Shown here: piece by piece, positions 38,520-49,211 of the stretch | How positions within the stretch are numbered: position 1 is the first letter of the stretch | How the letters are laid out: the number at the start of each line of letters is the position of its first letter | Assembly: GCA_963799035.1 (NCBI GenBank) | Contig: CAWCVS010000011.1 | Location: 9,096-73,095 of the forward strand | Direction: 5' to 3' | Length of the DNA: 64,000 nucleotides | Source of the DNA: an uncultured Acidobacteriaceae bacterium | Lineage (GTDB): Bacteria > Acidobacteriota > Terriglobia > Terriglobales > Acidobacteriaceae | Translations under genes and position numbers: made by a program | The notes under the pieces: model-generated | Database searches by the model: none | What the model saw: only the letters and a program-made list of their open reading frames with translations | What the model was told of the DNA's origin: nothing

Positions 38520-38584
38520 TACTGATGACTGAAAGCTGTTAGCTGACGGCTGATAGCTGAAAGGCTGAAAGCTGATGCCTGAAG
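38520..38584. repeat. Heptamer tandem repeat (GCTGANN)n
   Basis: actgatg actgaaa gctgtta gctgacg gctgata gctgaaag gctgaaa gctgatg cctgaag. Confidence 0.75.
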
Positions 38585-38605
38585 TCTGCCTTTACAATGA
38601 AATGA

Positions 38606-39544
38606 ATGGCAGAGCCGGCTCAAGTTGACCTGGTAGGCGTGGGTCTCAACGCAATCGATACACTCATTCCGCTCGCGCATTTTCCTTCCCGCGGCTCCAA
38701 AACCGAATACACCAGCGCCAGCATCCTGCCCGGCGGCCAGGCCGCTACCACCGTCATCGCCTGCCAGACATGGGGCCTCACCACCCGCTACGTCGGCAAG
38801 CTCGGTGACGACCACGGAGCCGGTCTCCATCGCCACGAGTTCGCACGCGCCGGCGTTGACGCGCGCCTCATTACCGTGCCGAATGCCGCCAGCCCTCAAT
38901 CGCTGATCCTCGTCGACGACGGTGGTGAACGCACCGTCCTCTGCCGTCGCGATGAACGCCTGCTGCTCCAACCCTCCGACCTCGATCGCTCCTGGATCGT
39001 GAATGCGCGCGCGCTGCTGATCGACGGATTTGAAACCGCCGCCGCAACTCAGGCCGCCTCATGGGCTCGCGCTGCCGGCGTTCCCGTCATCGCCGATCTC
39101 GACGAGACCTATCCCGGCGTTGAAGACCTGATTGCAAACGTTGACCACCTGGTCGTCAGCCGCGATTTCCCCACCCGTCTCACCGGCGAGCGCAATCTCG
39201 AACAGGCTCTCCGCACCGCCATGAAGCGATTCGGCTGCGTCATTACCGCCGCAACGCTTGGCGCCGACGGTGTGATCGCGTGGGACGGCAGGCGCTTCCA
39301 TTCCTGCGCCGCGTATCGCGTTCCGGTCGTAGACACCACCGGCGCAGGCGACGTCTTTCACGCCGGCTTCATTTACGGCCTCCTGCAGGACTGGCCCCTC
39401 GATCGCCAGCTCGATTTTGCCTGCGCCGCTGCTGCTTTGAACTGCACCTGCTCCGGTGCAAGAGGCGGCATCGGCAAGGTTGAGGCCATCGAAAAGCTCA
39501 TGGCAACCACGCCTCGCTACGACGTCGCTCCCGCGGCAGATTAG
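38606..39544 (+). CDS. PfkB-family carbohydrate kinase
   Basis: PGGQAA, VGKLGDD, TLGADG, VVDTTGAGDVFHAGF. Confidence 0.92.
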   Translation: MAEPAQVDLVGVGLNAIDTLIPLAHFPSRGSKTEYTSASILPGGQAATTVIACQTWGLTTRYVGKLGDDHGAGLHRHEFARAGVDARLITVPNAASPQSLILVDDGGERTVLCRRDERLLLQPSDLDRSWIVNARALLIDGFETAAATQAASWARAAGVPVIADLDETYPGVEDLIANVDHLVVSRDFPTRLTGERNLEQALRTAMKRFGCVITAATLGADGVIAWDGRRFHSCAAYRVPVVDTTGAGDVFHAGFIYGLLQDWPLDRQLDFACAAAALNCTCSGARGGIGKVEAIEKLMATTPRYDVAPAAD

Positions 39545-39684
39545 CTTGTGCGCGCCGAACTTCCGATTGCCCTCGGCTTGCATGTCACGGTAATATCAGT
39601 CCTCCGCTTTTCTTCGTCCATTCCATTAGCGCAGCTTGGATCATAGGGTTCTTCGGGTCAATCAAGTCTTTCCCGGGGGTCATC

Positions 39685-41718
39685 ATGAAGCGGTTTCATT
39701 TCCACATCAGTTGTCTTGTCCGTTTGCGCGCCTTCGCAGCTTTCGCGTTTGCCGCCTCTCCGGCTTCGGCCCAAGCCGCCGCGCAGGACATCCCCATCGG
39801 TGTCACCTACATCTGCAACGGCGAACACATCTACATCGAAAACTGCAATATCCGCGACACCTCGGACACCAGCAACTGTATGGTTGCGCATCCTGATCAC
39901 CTCACGCCCACCGGCATCAACTCCTACACCTACGTCTCGCGCGGCGCCCTCAAAAAGCTCCTCCCAACCTGTCAGCAACCCTCTTCCAAACAAGTCGCCG
40001 CAGCCAAGGCCTTCCAGCAAAAGCAGCAGGACCTCTACAACGCCAACGTCCAAAAGGCAGAACAGCAGATGAAAGCGCCACAGCAGCAGGCGTACCAGCC
40101 CGGCAACGCGGCCCAGATCGCTCCCCCGAAAAATGCCGAGGAGCGCGCCCTTCGTCGCTGCGTCAGTTCTGGCCGCCTGCCCTCAAGCTGCACCGGGAAC
40201 AGTCTGCTCGGCGCGTTCTCGGGTATGCTCACATCGACAATGAGCTCTCTCGGAGTTGCAGCGCCGGCCAGCAAGGCACCTGCTGCCGGCCCGGTGATGG
40301 CAGGTGTCTTTCAGGGCGCGGGAAGCTGGCGGCTCGACTTCATCGACGGCGTAGTCCTCGTAAACTGCTCTTCCCTCTCGCCTAATCAGGAAGCCTACAG
40401 CCTCAAATTTGAAGGCAATCGCACTGCGCTGATCATCAACACCAGGCCGAGGCCTCTCGATCTCACCTTTCACCCCGACGGCACCATCACCGGGCCGGGA
40501 CCCGTCACTATCCAGGGAGTTGTCGCCGGTGGATACACTCCCGGCACTTCAACCCCCGGACACACCGAAAGCCAGAGTTACAACACCACCGAGCGCATGA
40601 ACGCCAACATGATACCCGGCGGAGCAGCGAACGCTAACGCGACCTATGCTGGCGGCGGCACATACGACGTGACGACCACGCATACCTCCAGCACCTACGT
40701 GCCCGGCCAGTCCACGCCCGGCACAACTTCGTTCGTGCCTCGAACCGCCACCTGCCCCGCTCTCAATCTCACCTCCAAAGGCGCAGGCGTAGGCATTCAG
40801 ACCATGCAGACCGATCTGCTCAAAACCGCCTTCGGGGGCGACAAGGGGCCGCCCACGCCGCCCGGCATTCGTATGCACGGCATCTTCGCCGCTTCCACCG
40901 GTTTCAGCGTCGAATTCTTTCCGGAGTCCGTCATTCTCGGCTGTGGCCCCGACTCCGCACGAGCCTATCCCTATACCGTTGCGGCAACCGCCAATGGCGC
41001 GCAAATCAAGATCGACGCTCCTGATCATCCGCTCACTCTCGCATTCAAGCCGGATGGATCGCTAACCCCCACACCCGCCGGTCCGTATCAGGTCCACGGC
41101 CGCATCGTTACCGGTCAGGACGACAACGACAACTTCACCTTCGCGCCGATGGAACAGACCTGCAACCTCGCGACTCTCACGCCAAGCGCGTCGATTCCGA
41201 TGAGTGGCGGCACCGCCGCTGTGATGAACGCATCCGCATCGCCTTCTGTCAACGGCGCTCCCAACAACAACGGCGGCACTCTGTCGACTCCGCAAGCGAC
41301 TCTCGGCAATGCAACGTTGGCCGTCGTGTCGGGATTCCCTGCCACTCCCGGCCTGCCCAACCCGCTGGCCAACCATTCCTACGTCCTGCTGCGCAGCAGT
41401 TTCAACGACACGATCGTTCAATCCGGCGTCAACATCCCGGCCGGAACAACTCCCTTCAAATTCCTCGGCCTTGCCTGCGGCAATCGAACGCCCGACTGCC
41501 AGACGATAATGAACGCCATCAAGGCCGGCGCAGCCTCATCCGTCCGCGCCGATGCCAACGGCCGCGGCACCTTTCCCGGAGTCCCACCTGGGACCTACTA
41601 CCTGATGATCTCTACCCGCTTCAATAATCAGACTCTCCTGTGGCTCCAGCCCGTGCAGGTCAACGCAGGCACGAACTCCATCACCCTCGACGCGCGCAAC
41701 GCTACTGCGATGCAGTGA
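39685..41718 (+). CDS. Large secreted hypothetical protein
   Basis: Signal peptide; Cys pairs, Gln-rich coiled segment, Thr/Gly-rich middle, C-terminal carboxypeptidase-regulatory-like beta domain (ADANGRGTFPGVPPGTYYL). Confidence 0.8.
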   Translation: MKRFHFHISCLVRLRAFAAFAFAASPASAQAAAQDIPIGVTYICNGEHIYIENCNIRDTSDTSNCMVAHPDHLTPTGINSYTYVSRGALKKLLPTCQQPSSKQVAAAKAFQQKQQDLYNANVQKAEQQMKAPQQQAYQPGNAAQIAPPKNAEERALRRCVSSGRLPSSCTGNSLLGAFSGMLTSTMSSLGVAAPASKAPAAGPVMAGVFQGAGSWRLDFIDGVVLVNCSSLSPNQEAYSLKFEGNRTALIINTRPRPLDLTFHPDGTITGPGPVTIQGVVAGGYTPGTSTPGHTESQSYNTTERMNANMIPGGAANANATYAGGGTYDVTTTHTSSTYVPGQSTPGTTSFVPRTATCPALNLTSKGAGVGIQTMQTDLLKTAFGGDKGPPTPPGIRMHGIFAASTGFSVEFFPESVILGCGPDSARAYPYTVAATANGAQIKIDAPDHPLTLAFKPDGSLTPTPAGPYQVHGRIVTGQDDNDNFTFAPMEQTCNLATLTPSASIPMSGGTAAVMNASASPSVNGAPNNNGGTLSTPQATLGNATLAVVSGFPATPGLPNPLANHSYVLLRSSFNDTIVQSGVNIPAGTTPFKFLGLACGNRTPDCQTIMNAIKAGAASSVRADANGRGTFPGVPPGTYYLMISTRFNNQTLLWLQPVQVNAGTNSITLDARNATAMQ

Positions 41719-41728
41719 ATTCCGTTGC

Positions 41729-43160
41729 TCAATCTTCCGGCTCAGCCCGCACATCTACCATCGTCGACACACCCCGGGCGCGCATCCGCACTTTGTAGAA
41801 GCTATACGCAACAAGGTTGCTTAACACCAGCGTGCACCCAATCTTCGCCGCGTAGCCCATCGGGTTCACAACATCGACAAAGGGATACGCCGAAATCAGC
41901 AGGCTGAACACCGTCGATCCCAAACCAACCACCGACGTCCACTTCAGCCATGCGGGAAGCTGCTTGCGCAACCCCGCCGCACCCACCAGTGGAATCGCGA
42001 ACATCGCAACATACGCGACCTCGTAGTGCGTAAGGCTCGCGTTCGACAGCACCTGGAATGCCTCCTGTGCATGAACCCCCACGTTAGCCATTACCACCAG
42101 CAGGAAGATCAGCACTGAAGTACAGAGAATCGAATTCGTCGGCGTCTTCCAGCGCGGATGGAGCCTGCGTGAACCACGGCGGAATCAGTTCATCCCAGCC
42201 GACAGCCAGCGGCAGACGGCTCACGCCCGTCATCAGCAGACTCACCGCTCCCAGCAGGCGAATCTCGACCAGAAGAATCGCCGTCGTCGCCAGCAGATTG
42301 CCCATCCCGACATTCCCCAATGCCATCCGAAACGTCTGCGGAATCGGGGCGATAAAGTTGATTTCGCCACGTGGTACAAACGCCACAACCGAGCCCGTAC
42401 CCAGGATGAACATCGCGCAGATAATCGGTGAAGCAAACCACACCGACTGCGTGATCGTTCGCTCCGGAGCCTTGCTTTCCCCAGCCAGAATCGCGATGTA
42501 TTCAAGCCCGCACAACGCCCCAAACAGCATTTGCCCAAACAGCGCCAGCGTCCGCAAGTCATGTGGAGGGATCTCCAGCGTCAGCGGAGTCCAGTTGACA
42601 GGATTGTGCCGCAGCATCGCCCAGGGTCCAAGGCAGATCAACGCCGCAAACGCGATCATCATCGCGACACCACCGACATTGTGAATCCACTTGCCGATCT
42701 CCAGCCCGCGCAACTCGGCCAGCGTCAACGCCACCACCAGGGACCCCACGATGATCAATGCCGCAGCACGATTCTCGGGCAGCCATGCGGCTTTCGGGCC
42801 GATCAGAAACGATAACTCGGTCGGAATCTGGTAAAGAATAGCCGCCGTCACCGCGATCCCATAGAACCAGATATTCCACGCCGTCAGAAATCCGCCCAGG
42901 TTTCCGAAGGCCCGATGCGCCCATACATACAGTCCACCCTCCAGCGGCATGGCCCTGTTCAACCCGATTACCGATGCGGCCATGGGCAGATAAAACAGCA
43001 CCATCGCCCCGATCCACATCAGCGTCTCGGCTCGTCCAAGTCCCGCGGCCACGCCCACCCAACTGGCGCCCACCACGCACAACACCTGCGAGATCACCAG
43101 GTCCCGCAAGCTCAACTGCCGCCGTAGACCATGCTCCAATGCGGATGAGGCTTGAGCCAT
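41729..43160 (-). CDS. APC-family amino acid permease (frameshift ~42165)
   Basis: LRRQLSLRDL, PLEGGLYVW, GLEYIAILAGE; TM helices continue in ORF 41729-42115. Confidence 0.85.
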
Positions 43161-43282
43161 CGTTCCAAGATATTCGCACGCGACCACCGTTCACTGCCGG
43201 AATTTCTGCCTTCGCAATTGTCAAAATCAACGCGCGCCGCTTAGTATTCTCTGCTGTAATCGTTTCCACTGGAGATCAGCCC

Positions 43283-44482
43283 ATGCGTTTTTCAGCCCCG
43301 CTTCCGCTTGCAGTGATCGCTCTCGCCACCACGTTTGTGTTTCCCGGATCAGTCAAATCTCAAGTGGCAGCCACGCCCCCCATGGGCTGGAACAGCTGGA
43401 ACTACTTCGCCGGCAAAGTCACCGACAAAGACATCCGCGACTCTGCGGATCAGATCGTTGCCAGCGGCATGAAAGACGCCGGCTACATCTACGTCAACAT
43501 CGACGACACCTGGGAAGGCGAACGCGATGCCAGCGGCGTGCTGCACACCAACTCCAAGTTTCCCGACATGAAGGCCCTCGCCGACTACGTCCATTCGAAG
43601 GGATTGAAGCTCGGCATCTACTCAGGACCAGGACCGAAGACTTGCGCGGGGTACGCTGGCTCTCTAGGCCACGAAGAGCAGGATGCGAAGATGTATGCCG
43701 ACTGGGGCATTGACTACCTCAAGTACGATCTCTGCAGCTTCATCCCCGAAGTGATGCAGAAGCAGGCGCCCAACGACAAGGCCGCGCAGATGCGCCTGAT
43801 GGTTGCCGCTTACGACAAGATGGGCAAAGCACTCAAGGCTACCGGCCGCCCCATTGTCTATTCCTTATGCCAGTACGGGTGGGACAACGTGTGGGAGTGG
43901 GCGCCCGGCCTCGGGGGCAATCTCTGGCGCACCACGGATGATATTCAGGCGCGCTGGCAGAGCATCTACGACCTCATGAGCGAACAGGCTGGCCTCGCGT
44001 CCTACGCTGGCCCCGGCCATTGGAATGACCCCGACATGCTCGAAGTCGGCAACGGCAAGTTATCGCTGGCTGAAAATCGCACCCACTTCTCCATGTGGGC
44101 TATGCTCGCCGCGCCCCTTCTGGCCGGCAACGACCTGCCCCACATGAAGCCGGAGATTCACGATATCCTCACGAATCGCGATGTCATCGCGATCGATCAG
44201 GATCCCCTCGGCCACGAAGCCCGCCATATCTACAGCAAGGGTGAAATCGAAGTGTGGGCTCGCGATCTCAAAGGCGGGGCCAAGGCCATCGCTATCATCA
44301 ACGTTGGCAGCGATGTCTATTCAACCCATCCATTCCATCTCGATCTCGCACAGCTTGGATTGCACGGACCTCAACACGCCAAGGACCTCTGGACTGGCAA
44401 GCAGATGGACCTGACCAACAACATTCCCATCGAACTCCCCAGCCACGACATCCTGCTGCTGCGCATCGATTCACATCAATGA
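43283..44482 (+). CDS. GH27 alpha-galactosidase, secreted
   Basis: TPPMGWNSWN, YVNIDDTW, DYLKYD, WNDPDMLEVGNG. Confidence 0.93.
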   Translation: MRFSAPLPLAVIALATTFVFPGSVKSQVAATPPMGWNSWNYFAGKVTDKDIRDSADQIVASGMKDAGYIYVNIDDTWEGERDASGVLHTNSKFPDMKALADYVHSKGLKLGIYSGPGPKTCAGYAGSLGHEEQDAKMYADWGIDYLKYDLCSFIPEVMQKQAPNDKAAQMRLMVAAYDKMGKALKATGRPIVYSLCQYGWDNVWEWAPGLGGNLWRTTDDIQARWQSIYDLMSEQAGLASYAGPGHWNDPDMLEVGNGKLSLAENRTHFSMWAMLAAPLLAGNDLPHMKPEIHDILTNRDVIAIDQDPLGHEARHIYSKGEIEVWARDLKGGAKAIAIINVGSDVYSTHPFHLDLAQLGLHGPQHAKDLWTGKQMDLTNNIPIELPSHDILLLRIDSHQ

Positions 44483-44542
44483 ACCATGCTGCCACAACAA
44501 GCAGAGTGATCAGTCGCATGGGGTCGGCGGCGATGAAGCCTT

Positions 44543-45787
44543 CTAATTAGCGGGCCTGATCGTCCACCGCTCTTTCAAATTAAGGAATGGGCTCTCAAAA
44601 AACCGGAAACTCAGCCACGCGATGGACACTGTAAACAACAGTGCGATCGGAGCAACCACGATTGTCGTATGCGGCACGGCTGTTGGGGCGTAGTGTTGCC
44701 CCGGCTCAAACAACAAGATTAGTTTTCTTCCCACCCAAAGAAACTGGGGATGAAAAACATCGTGCCAGACGTACGCTCCATAACTTATGCGGCCTAGCCA
44801 ACGCAACCAGCGGATGTTGAGTATTTTGTGAACGATAGTTCCCGGCTGCAGCGCCCCCAGGATCAAGAGCCCAGAGAGAACATCGACTGCGAATAGACCC
44901 CATGTAAATTTCCATGTCGGATAAACATAGTTTCGCGTCCAAAGATGCCCGGATGGAAATAGTGCGATCCACGCCAAACCAAACGCCATCGCGACGGGGA
45001 GAGCCATCCGCGCTATCCGCAGCAGAGACTCCCGGTCGGACCCACGCAAGATCAACGCGATCAGCCCCCCCATCAAGAGCGCATCCAGGCGAAATGGAGT
45101 TGCTCGATAAAGAATCTCGTTGTCCAGCATCCAGGTGGGCAGCAGATGCTGACCTGCAAGCCGCATCGCCAGGCAGGCCGGCACCGTTGCCGCGCAGATC
45201 CACGACAGCTTCCGGCGGTCGCCGATCCAAAACACGATCCATGGCCATATGAAATAGAACTGTTCCTCGACGCAGAGCGACCAGAAATGACCAAAGTAAA
45301 GGATCAGATTTCGTAGCGCCAAATGACCTGCCGGTTGAAAATCGGCGAGTCTCTGAAGGGCGCTCTCTGCACTGTACGGGTGAATGAACCGCGCATAGTT
45401 GCCCATGTAAGCTGGCCAGACCAGCCAATGCCAATTCCAATCCCAATGCACGATGGGCGCAGCGGCAAGCATTGCCAGCATAATTCCGTAATAGAGCGGA
45501 AAAATTCGAAGCGTACGACGAATATAAAAATTGCGCACCCGGTAGGCGTCCTTGCGCGAGTCAAACAGAATGCCCGTTATCAGGAACCCTGAAAGGACAA
45601 AGAAGAGATCGACCCCGGTCCATCCCCATGGAAGTTGTAAATAATGCTGACCAAACACCATGAGAAATGCGATCGCGCGGAGACCATCCAGCGCGGGATA
45701 GAAATTGCGGTTTTCTGGAGCGGTGCGGGCGGTATTTCCGGTGACAAGAACCGCATCCTTGGTAGCCGGACGGCCAGTGCTGGACAT
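44543..45787 (-). CDS. Acyltransferase-3 (OafA-like) membrane O-acyltransferase
   Basis: PALDGLRAIA, GVDLFFVLSGFLI, RRTLRIFP, HFWSLCVEEQFY, GRISYG. Confidence 0.92.
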   Translation of the reverse strand: MSSTGRPATKDAVLVTGNTARTAPENRNFYPALDGLRAIAFLMVFGQHYLQLPWGWTGVDLFFVLSGFLITGILFDSRKDAYRVRNFYIRRTLRIFPLYYGIMLAMLAAAPIVHWDWNWHWLVWPAYMGNYARFIHPYSAESALQRLADFQPAGHLALRNLILYFGHFWSLCVEEQFYFIWPWIVFWIGDRRKLSWICAATVPACLAMRLAGQHLLPTWMLDNEILYRATPFRLDALLMGGLIALILRGSDRESLLRIARMALPVAMAFGLAWIALFPSGHLWTRNYVYPTWKFTWGLFAVDVLSGLLILGALQPGTIVHKILNIRWLRWLGRISYGAYVWHDVFHPQFLWVGRKLILLFEPGQHYAPTAVPHTTIVVAPIALLFTVSIAWLSFRFFESPFLNLKERWTIRPAN

Positions 45788-45882
45788 TTACAAGTTAGCT
45801 TAATCCCTCGGCCATTCTCCGAGGTATTGCTCGCATCTCAGATCAAATTGCAGGGATCAAACTACTGGCTAGAACCTAATGC

Positions 45883-46863
45883 CTAGATCGCCCTCGCCAA
45901 ACACACCGCAAACCATCCGCGCTCATCCATCCACGTCGCCTCATGCACAAATCCCGCCTTCGCCAGCAGCGCCTCGGCATCCCCCGCGCGATATTTGTAG
46001 CTGTTCTCGGTGTGGATGCTCTCGCCGGCCGCAAACTCCACGCGCAGATCGATCGCTGGAATCCACACAGTCTGCTTTGTCTCGCTCACCAGGTGCATCT
46101 CCATCCGCGACTCATGTGCGTTCCAAACCGCGCGATGCGCAAATTTCTCTGGATGAAAATCCGCATCCAACTCACGGTTCAGCCGCACCAGCACATTGCG
46201 ATTGAACGCCGCCGTTACGCCCGCCTTATCGTCATAGGCCGCAGATAGCACGGACTGCTCTTTGACGAGATCGACTCCAAGCAGCAGGCAATCTCCCGGA
46301 TCGAGCGCCGCCCTTACGCGCTCCAGCAGGAGCAGCGATTCGCCCGGCTCGAAGTTGCCAATACTCGATCCGATGTAGAGCACCAGCCTGCGTTCGGTGG
46401 GCAGCGTCGTGTCCAATTCCAGATTGTGCGTGTAATCCTCGACCCGCGGGCAGACCAGTACACCGGGAATCTCTTCCTCAATGCGCATCTGCGCTTCAAT
46501 CAGCGCGCTCGCAGAAACATCCACCGGCTCGTAGAAGACCGTATCCTGCCGCTCCACCGCGGCGCTCAACAGTAACCGCGTCTTCTCCGCCGAACCCGCT
46601 CCCAGTTCCACCAGGCGCAATGCATTCTGTCCGGCAGCCCGGGCGACGATTTCCGATGCACGCTCCTCCAGAATCGCCCTCTCGGTGCGCGTTACATAGT
46701 ACTCGGGAATGCGCGTGATCTCATCAAACAGCCGCGATCCGGCGGAATCGTAAAACAGCCAGGAAGGCAACCATTTTGGATTGGACAACAACCCCTCGTA
46801 CACCGATGAGGCGATCTTGTCTGAAATGTGAAAACTTGCTGGGGAAACCGGGGTCGTAGTCAT
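45883..46863 (-). CDS. egtD: L-histidine N-alpha-methyltransferase
   Basis: PKWLPSWLFYD, PEYYVTRTE, VELGAGS, GSSIGNF, YDDKAGVTAAFN, IHTENSYKY. Confidence 0.93.
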   Translation of the reverse strand: MTTTPVSPASFHISDKIASSVYEGLLSNPKWLPSWLFYDSAGSRLFDEITRIPEYYVTRTERAILEERASEIVARAAGQNALRLVELGAGSAEKTRLLLSAAVERQDTVFYEPVDVSASALIEAQMRIEEEIPGVLVCPRVEDYTHNLELDTTLPTERRLVLYIGSSIGNFEPGESLLLLERVRAALDPGDCLLLGVDLVKEQSVLSAAYDDKAGVTAAFNRNVLVRLNRELDADFHPEKFAHRAVWNAHESRMEMHLVSETKQTVWIPAIDLRVEFAAGESIHTENSYKYRAGDAEALLAKAGFVHEATWMDERGWFAVCLARAI

Positions 46864-46896
46864 GCCGTTACTAGGATGCTCCTCCACCTATCGGAG

Positions 46897-48189
46897 TTAC
46901 TTGTCTGCCAATCGGATTCCGGAAAATTGCCAGCGCGTTTCTGGTTGAAAAAAATTGCGATAGCTCGAGCGAATATGCGCTTTCGGAGTCGCACATGACC
47001 CGCCGCGCAGCACCATCTGTCCGCTCATGAATTTTCCGTTATATTCACCCAGCGAGCCTGCCAGGGGCTCGAATCCGGGATAGCCGAGATACGCGCTCGC
47101 CGTCCATTCCCAGCAATCGCCCCACATCTGCCTGAGAGCCGCACCCGCATCTGCAGCCGGCGGCGCAGGCCTGAGCGCTCCAGTATCCAGCAGGTTTCCG
47201 TCAACCGTCTGCTCTTCGGCGGCAACTTCCCATTCCGTCTCAGTCGGCAGACGCTTGCCGGCCCAGCGGGCATAGGCATCGGCTTCGAAGTAGCTCACGT
47301 GGCTAACCGGCGCAGCTTCAGCATCTTCCAGCGGAACCTCGCCGCGCAGCGTAAACAGCTTCCAGCTCTCGCCCTCCTGGTTCCAATAGAGCGGCGCCCG
47401 CCAGCCATTCTGTTCGATTGCGTCCCATCCTGCCGAAAGCCACAACTCCGGCTCCCGATAACCGCCGTCCACAATAAACTCGGCGAACTCCCCGTTGCTC
47501 ACCAGCCGGTCGCCAAGCGCAAACGCCTCTGCAAAAACACGATGCCGCGGCAACTCGTTGTCATAGCAAAATCCAGACCCGGCGAATCCAACCTCTGCCA
47601 GTCCACCCGCAAATCCCACAAACCCCAGCCCCAGGTCTCGACTTTGAGACGTCGGTTCCTTTGATCGCCCCCACCCCCGATCCCCTCCCAGATAAGCCGG
47701 CCGCAGAGGATTGGTGTAAAAAGCATGCAGAATATCCGTCAGCAGCAACTCCTGATGCTGCTCTTCGTGGTTCGCTCCAAGCTCGATCCGTTTCAGCACC
47801 TCTGCTTCAGGGCCCAGCTCGAGTAGTTTTTCAATGCCCTCGTCCACGTGGCTCCGATAGCCGAGTACCTCGTCCAGGCCGGGGCGCGAAAACGAAGAAC
47901 GCAGCCGTTTCTCCGGGAACTGGGCGAAACTACGGTAATAGCTGTTGAACAACCATGGAAATTCTGGATTAAAAAGTTTGTAGCCCGGCAGAAAGTCCCT
48001 GAGAAGAAAGGACTCAAAGAACCAGGCCGTATGCGCCAGGTGCCACTTTGCCGGAGACGCCTCGGCGCACGACTGCACCATCATGTCCTCCGGCGTCAGA
48101 GGCTTACACAGGGCCAATGTGCGTTGCCGAACAGTGCGAAAGCGTTCAGCTACTTCCAGTTGCAGTTGCGGGGAAACCGTCGTGCTCAT
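46897..48189 (-). CDS. egtB: Ergothioneine biosynthesis sulfoxide synthase (in-frame palindromic insert in linker)
   Basis: SPAKWHLAHT, FNSYY, HEEQHQE, RLPTETEWE, EYNGKFM, RNFF, RWQFSGIRLA. Confidence 0.93.
   Translation of the reverse strand: MSTTVSPQLQLEVAERFRTVRQRTLALCKPLTPEDMMVQSCAEASPAKWHLAHTAWFFESFLLRDFLPGYKLFNPEFPWLFNSYYRSFAQFPEKRLRSSFSRPGLDEVLGYRSHVDEGIEKLLELGPEAEVLKRIELGANHEEQHQELLLTDILHAFYTNPLRPAYLGGDRGWGRSKEPTSQSRDLGLGFVGFAGGLAEVGFAGSGFCYDNELPRHRVFAEAFALGDRLVSNGEFAEFIVDGGYREPELWLSAGWDAIEQNGWRAPLYWNQEGESWKLFTLRGEVPLEDAEAAPVSHVSYFEADAYARWAGKRLPTETEWEVAAEEQTVDGNLLDTGALRPAPPAADAGAALRQMWGDCWEWTASAYLGYPGFEPLAGSLGEYNGKFMSGQMVLRGGSCATPKAHIRSSYRNFFQPETRWQFSGIRLADK
47628..47657. repeat. Family-C palindromic repeat inside egtB
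   Basis: gccccaggtctcgactttgagacgtcgg; similar to 5676. Confidence 0.72.
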
Positions 48190-48371
48190 CCTCGACAAAC
48201 CTCTCTTTCACTGTGTCTTGACGCCAAGCCCAGCGTTCCGGCTCATGTCCCTTTTAATCCGCCTTGCATCGGGGCAACAAACAAGCTTGACGATGCTGTA
48301 CAAAATGGTGCTCTAATTTGAGGAGACGATGACGTAGGTTTGTCGCCTCGATTCCTTCGTGAGGGGGGAAT

Positions 48372-49211
48372 ATGCGCAGGTTCGATAAACGCCCGCTGCC
48401 GGCCTTGTCGCTGATGGCAGTCATTGTGTGCCATTCCGGTCTCGTTCTTGCTCAGTCTTCACCGGTCCCTGCCCCCGATGCGACGCAAACACCCGTTGCA
48501 ACCGATTCCATTCCAAAACCCGCCGCACCCGCAACCACCTCCACCACCGTTCCCAAAACTCCAGCGACGTTCGAACAGGTGGGGGACGCGCTCATGGCTC
48601 ACCAACGTTATCAGGCGGCCATTGAAGCCTACAAGAAAGCACCGGCCAACGATCCGATTGTGTGGAACAAGCTGGGCATCGCTTACCAGTTGATGTTCAA
48701 TCTCACCGACGCGATGCACTGTTACAAGACTTCTTACAAACTCAATCCCAAAAACTCGACAGTGCTTAACAATCTCGGTACGGTTTACGATGCCCTGAAG
48801 GAATATAACAACGCTGAAAAAATGTACCGCAAGGCACTCAAAATCGATCCCAAATCGGCCCTGATTCTCAAGAACCTCGGCACCAACCTACTCGCCCAGC
48901 ACAGATTCGCCAAAGGCTGGGCCGAATACCAGGCCGCGCTCAAGGTCGATCCGCTCATCTTCGAAGACAATTCCCGGCCCCGCATCGAAAATCCGGCTTC
49001 AATCTCCGACCGCGGCGCCATGAATTTCTACCTGGCCAAGGGATGCGTCCGCGCCGGCATGCCTCTGCGTGCGATCGAATACCTGCGCATGGCCCTCAAC
49101 GAGGGCTATACCAGTCCCAAAAAGATCATTGCGGACAACGAGTTCGCAATCCTGCACGGCTTGCCCGAATTCGAAGCACTGATGAATTCGCAAACGCAGA
49201 AACGGCAATAA
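48372..49211 (+). CDS. Secreted TPR protein
   Basis: Signal peptide; WNKLGIAY, LNNLGTVY, YRKALKIDP. Confidence 0.88.
   Translation: MRRFDKRPLPALSLMAVIVCHSGLVLAQSSPVPAPDATQTPVATDSIPKPAAPATTSTTVPKTPATFEQVGDALMAHQRYQAAIEAYKKAPANDPIVWNKLGIAYQLMFNLTDAMHCYKTSYKLNPKNSTVLNNLGTVYDALKEYNNAEKMYRKALKIDPKSALILKNLGTNLLAQHRFAKGWAEYQAALKVDPLIFEDNSRPRIENPASISDRGAMNFYLAKGCVRAGMPLRAIEYLRMALNEGYTSPKKIIADNEFAILHGLPEFEALMNSQTQKRQ

Noticed and set aside
46897-48189. Selenoneine synthase SenA
   Set aside because: No senB/senC (selD-like) neighbours; the egtD pairing fits ergothioneine.
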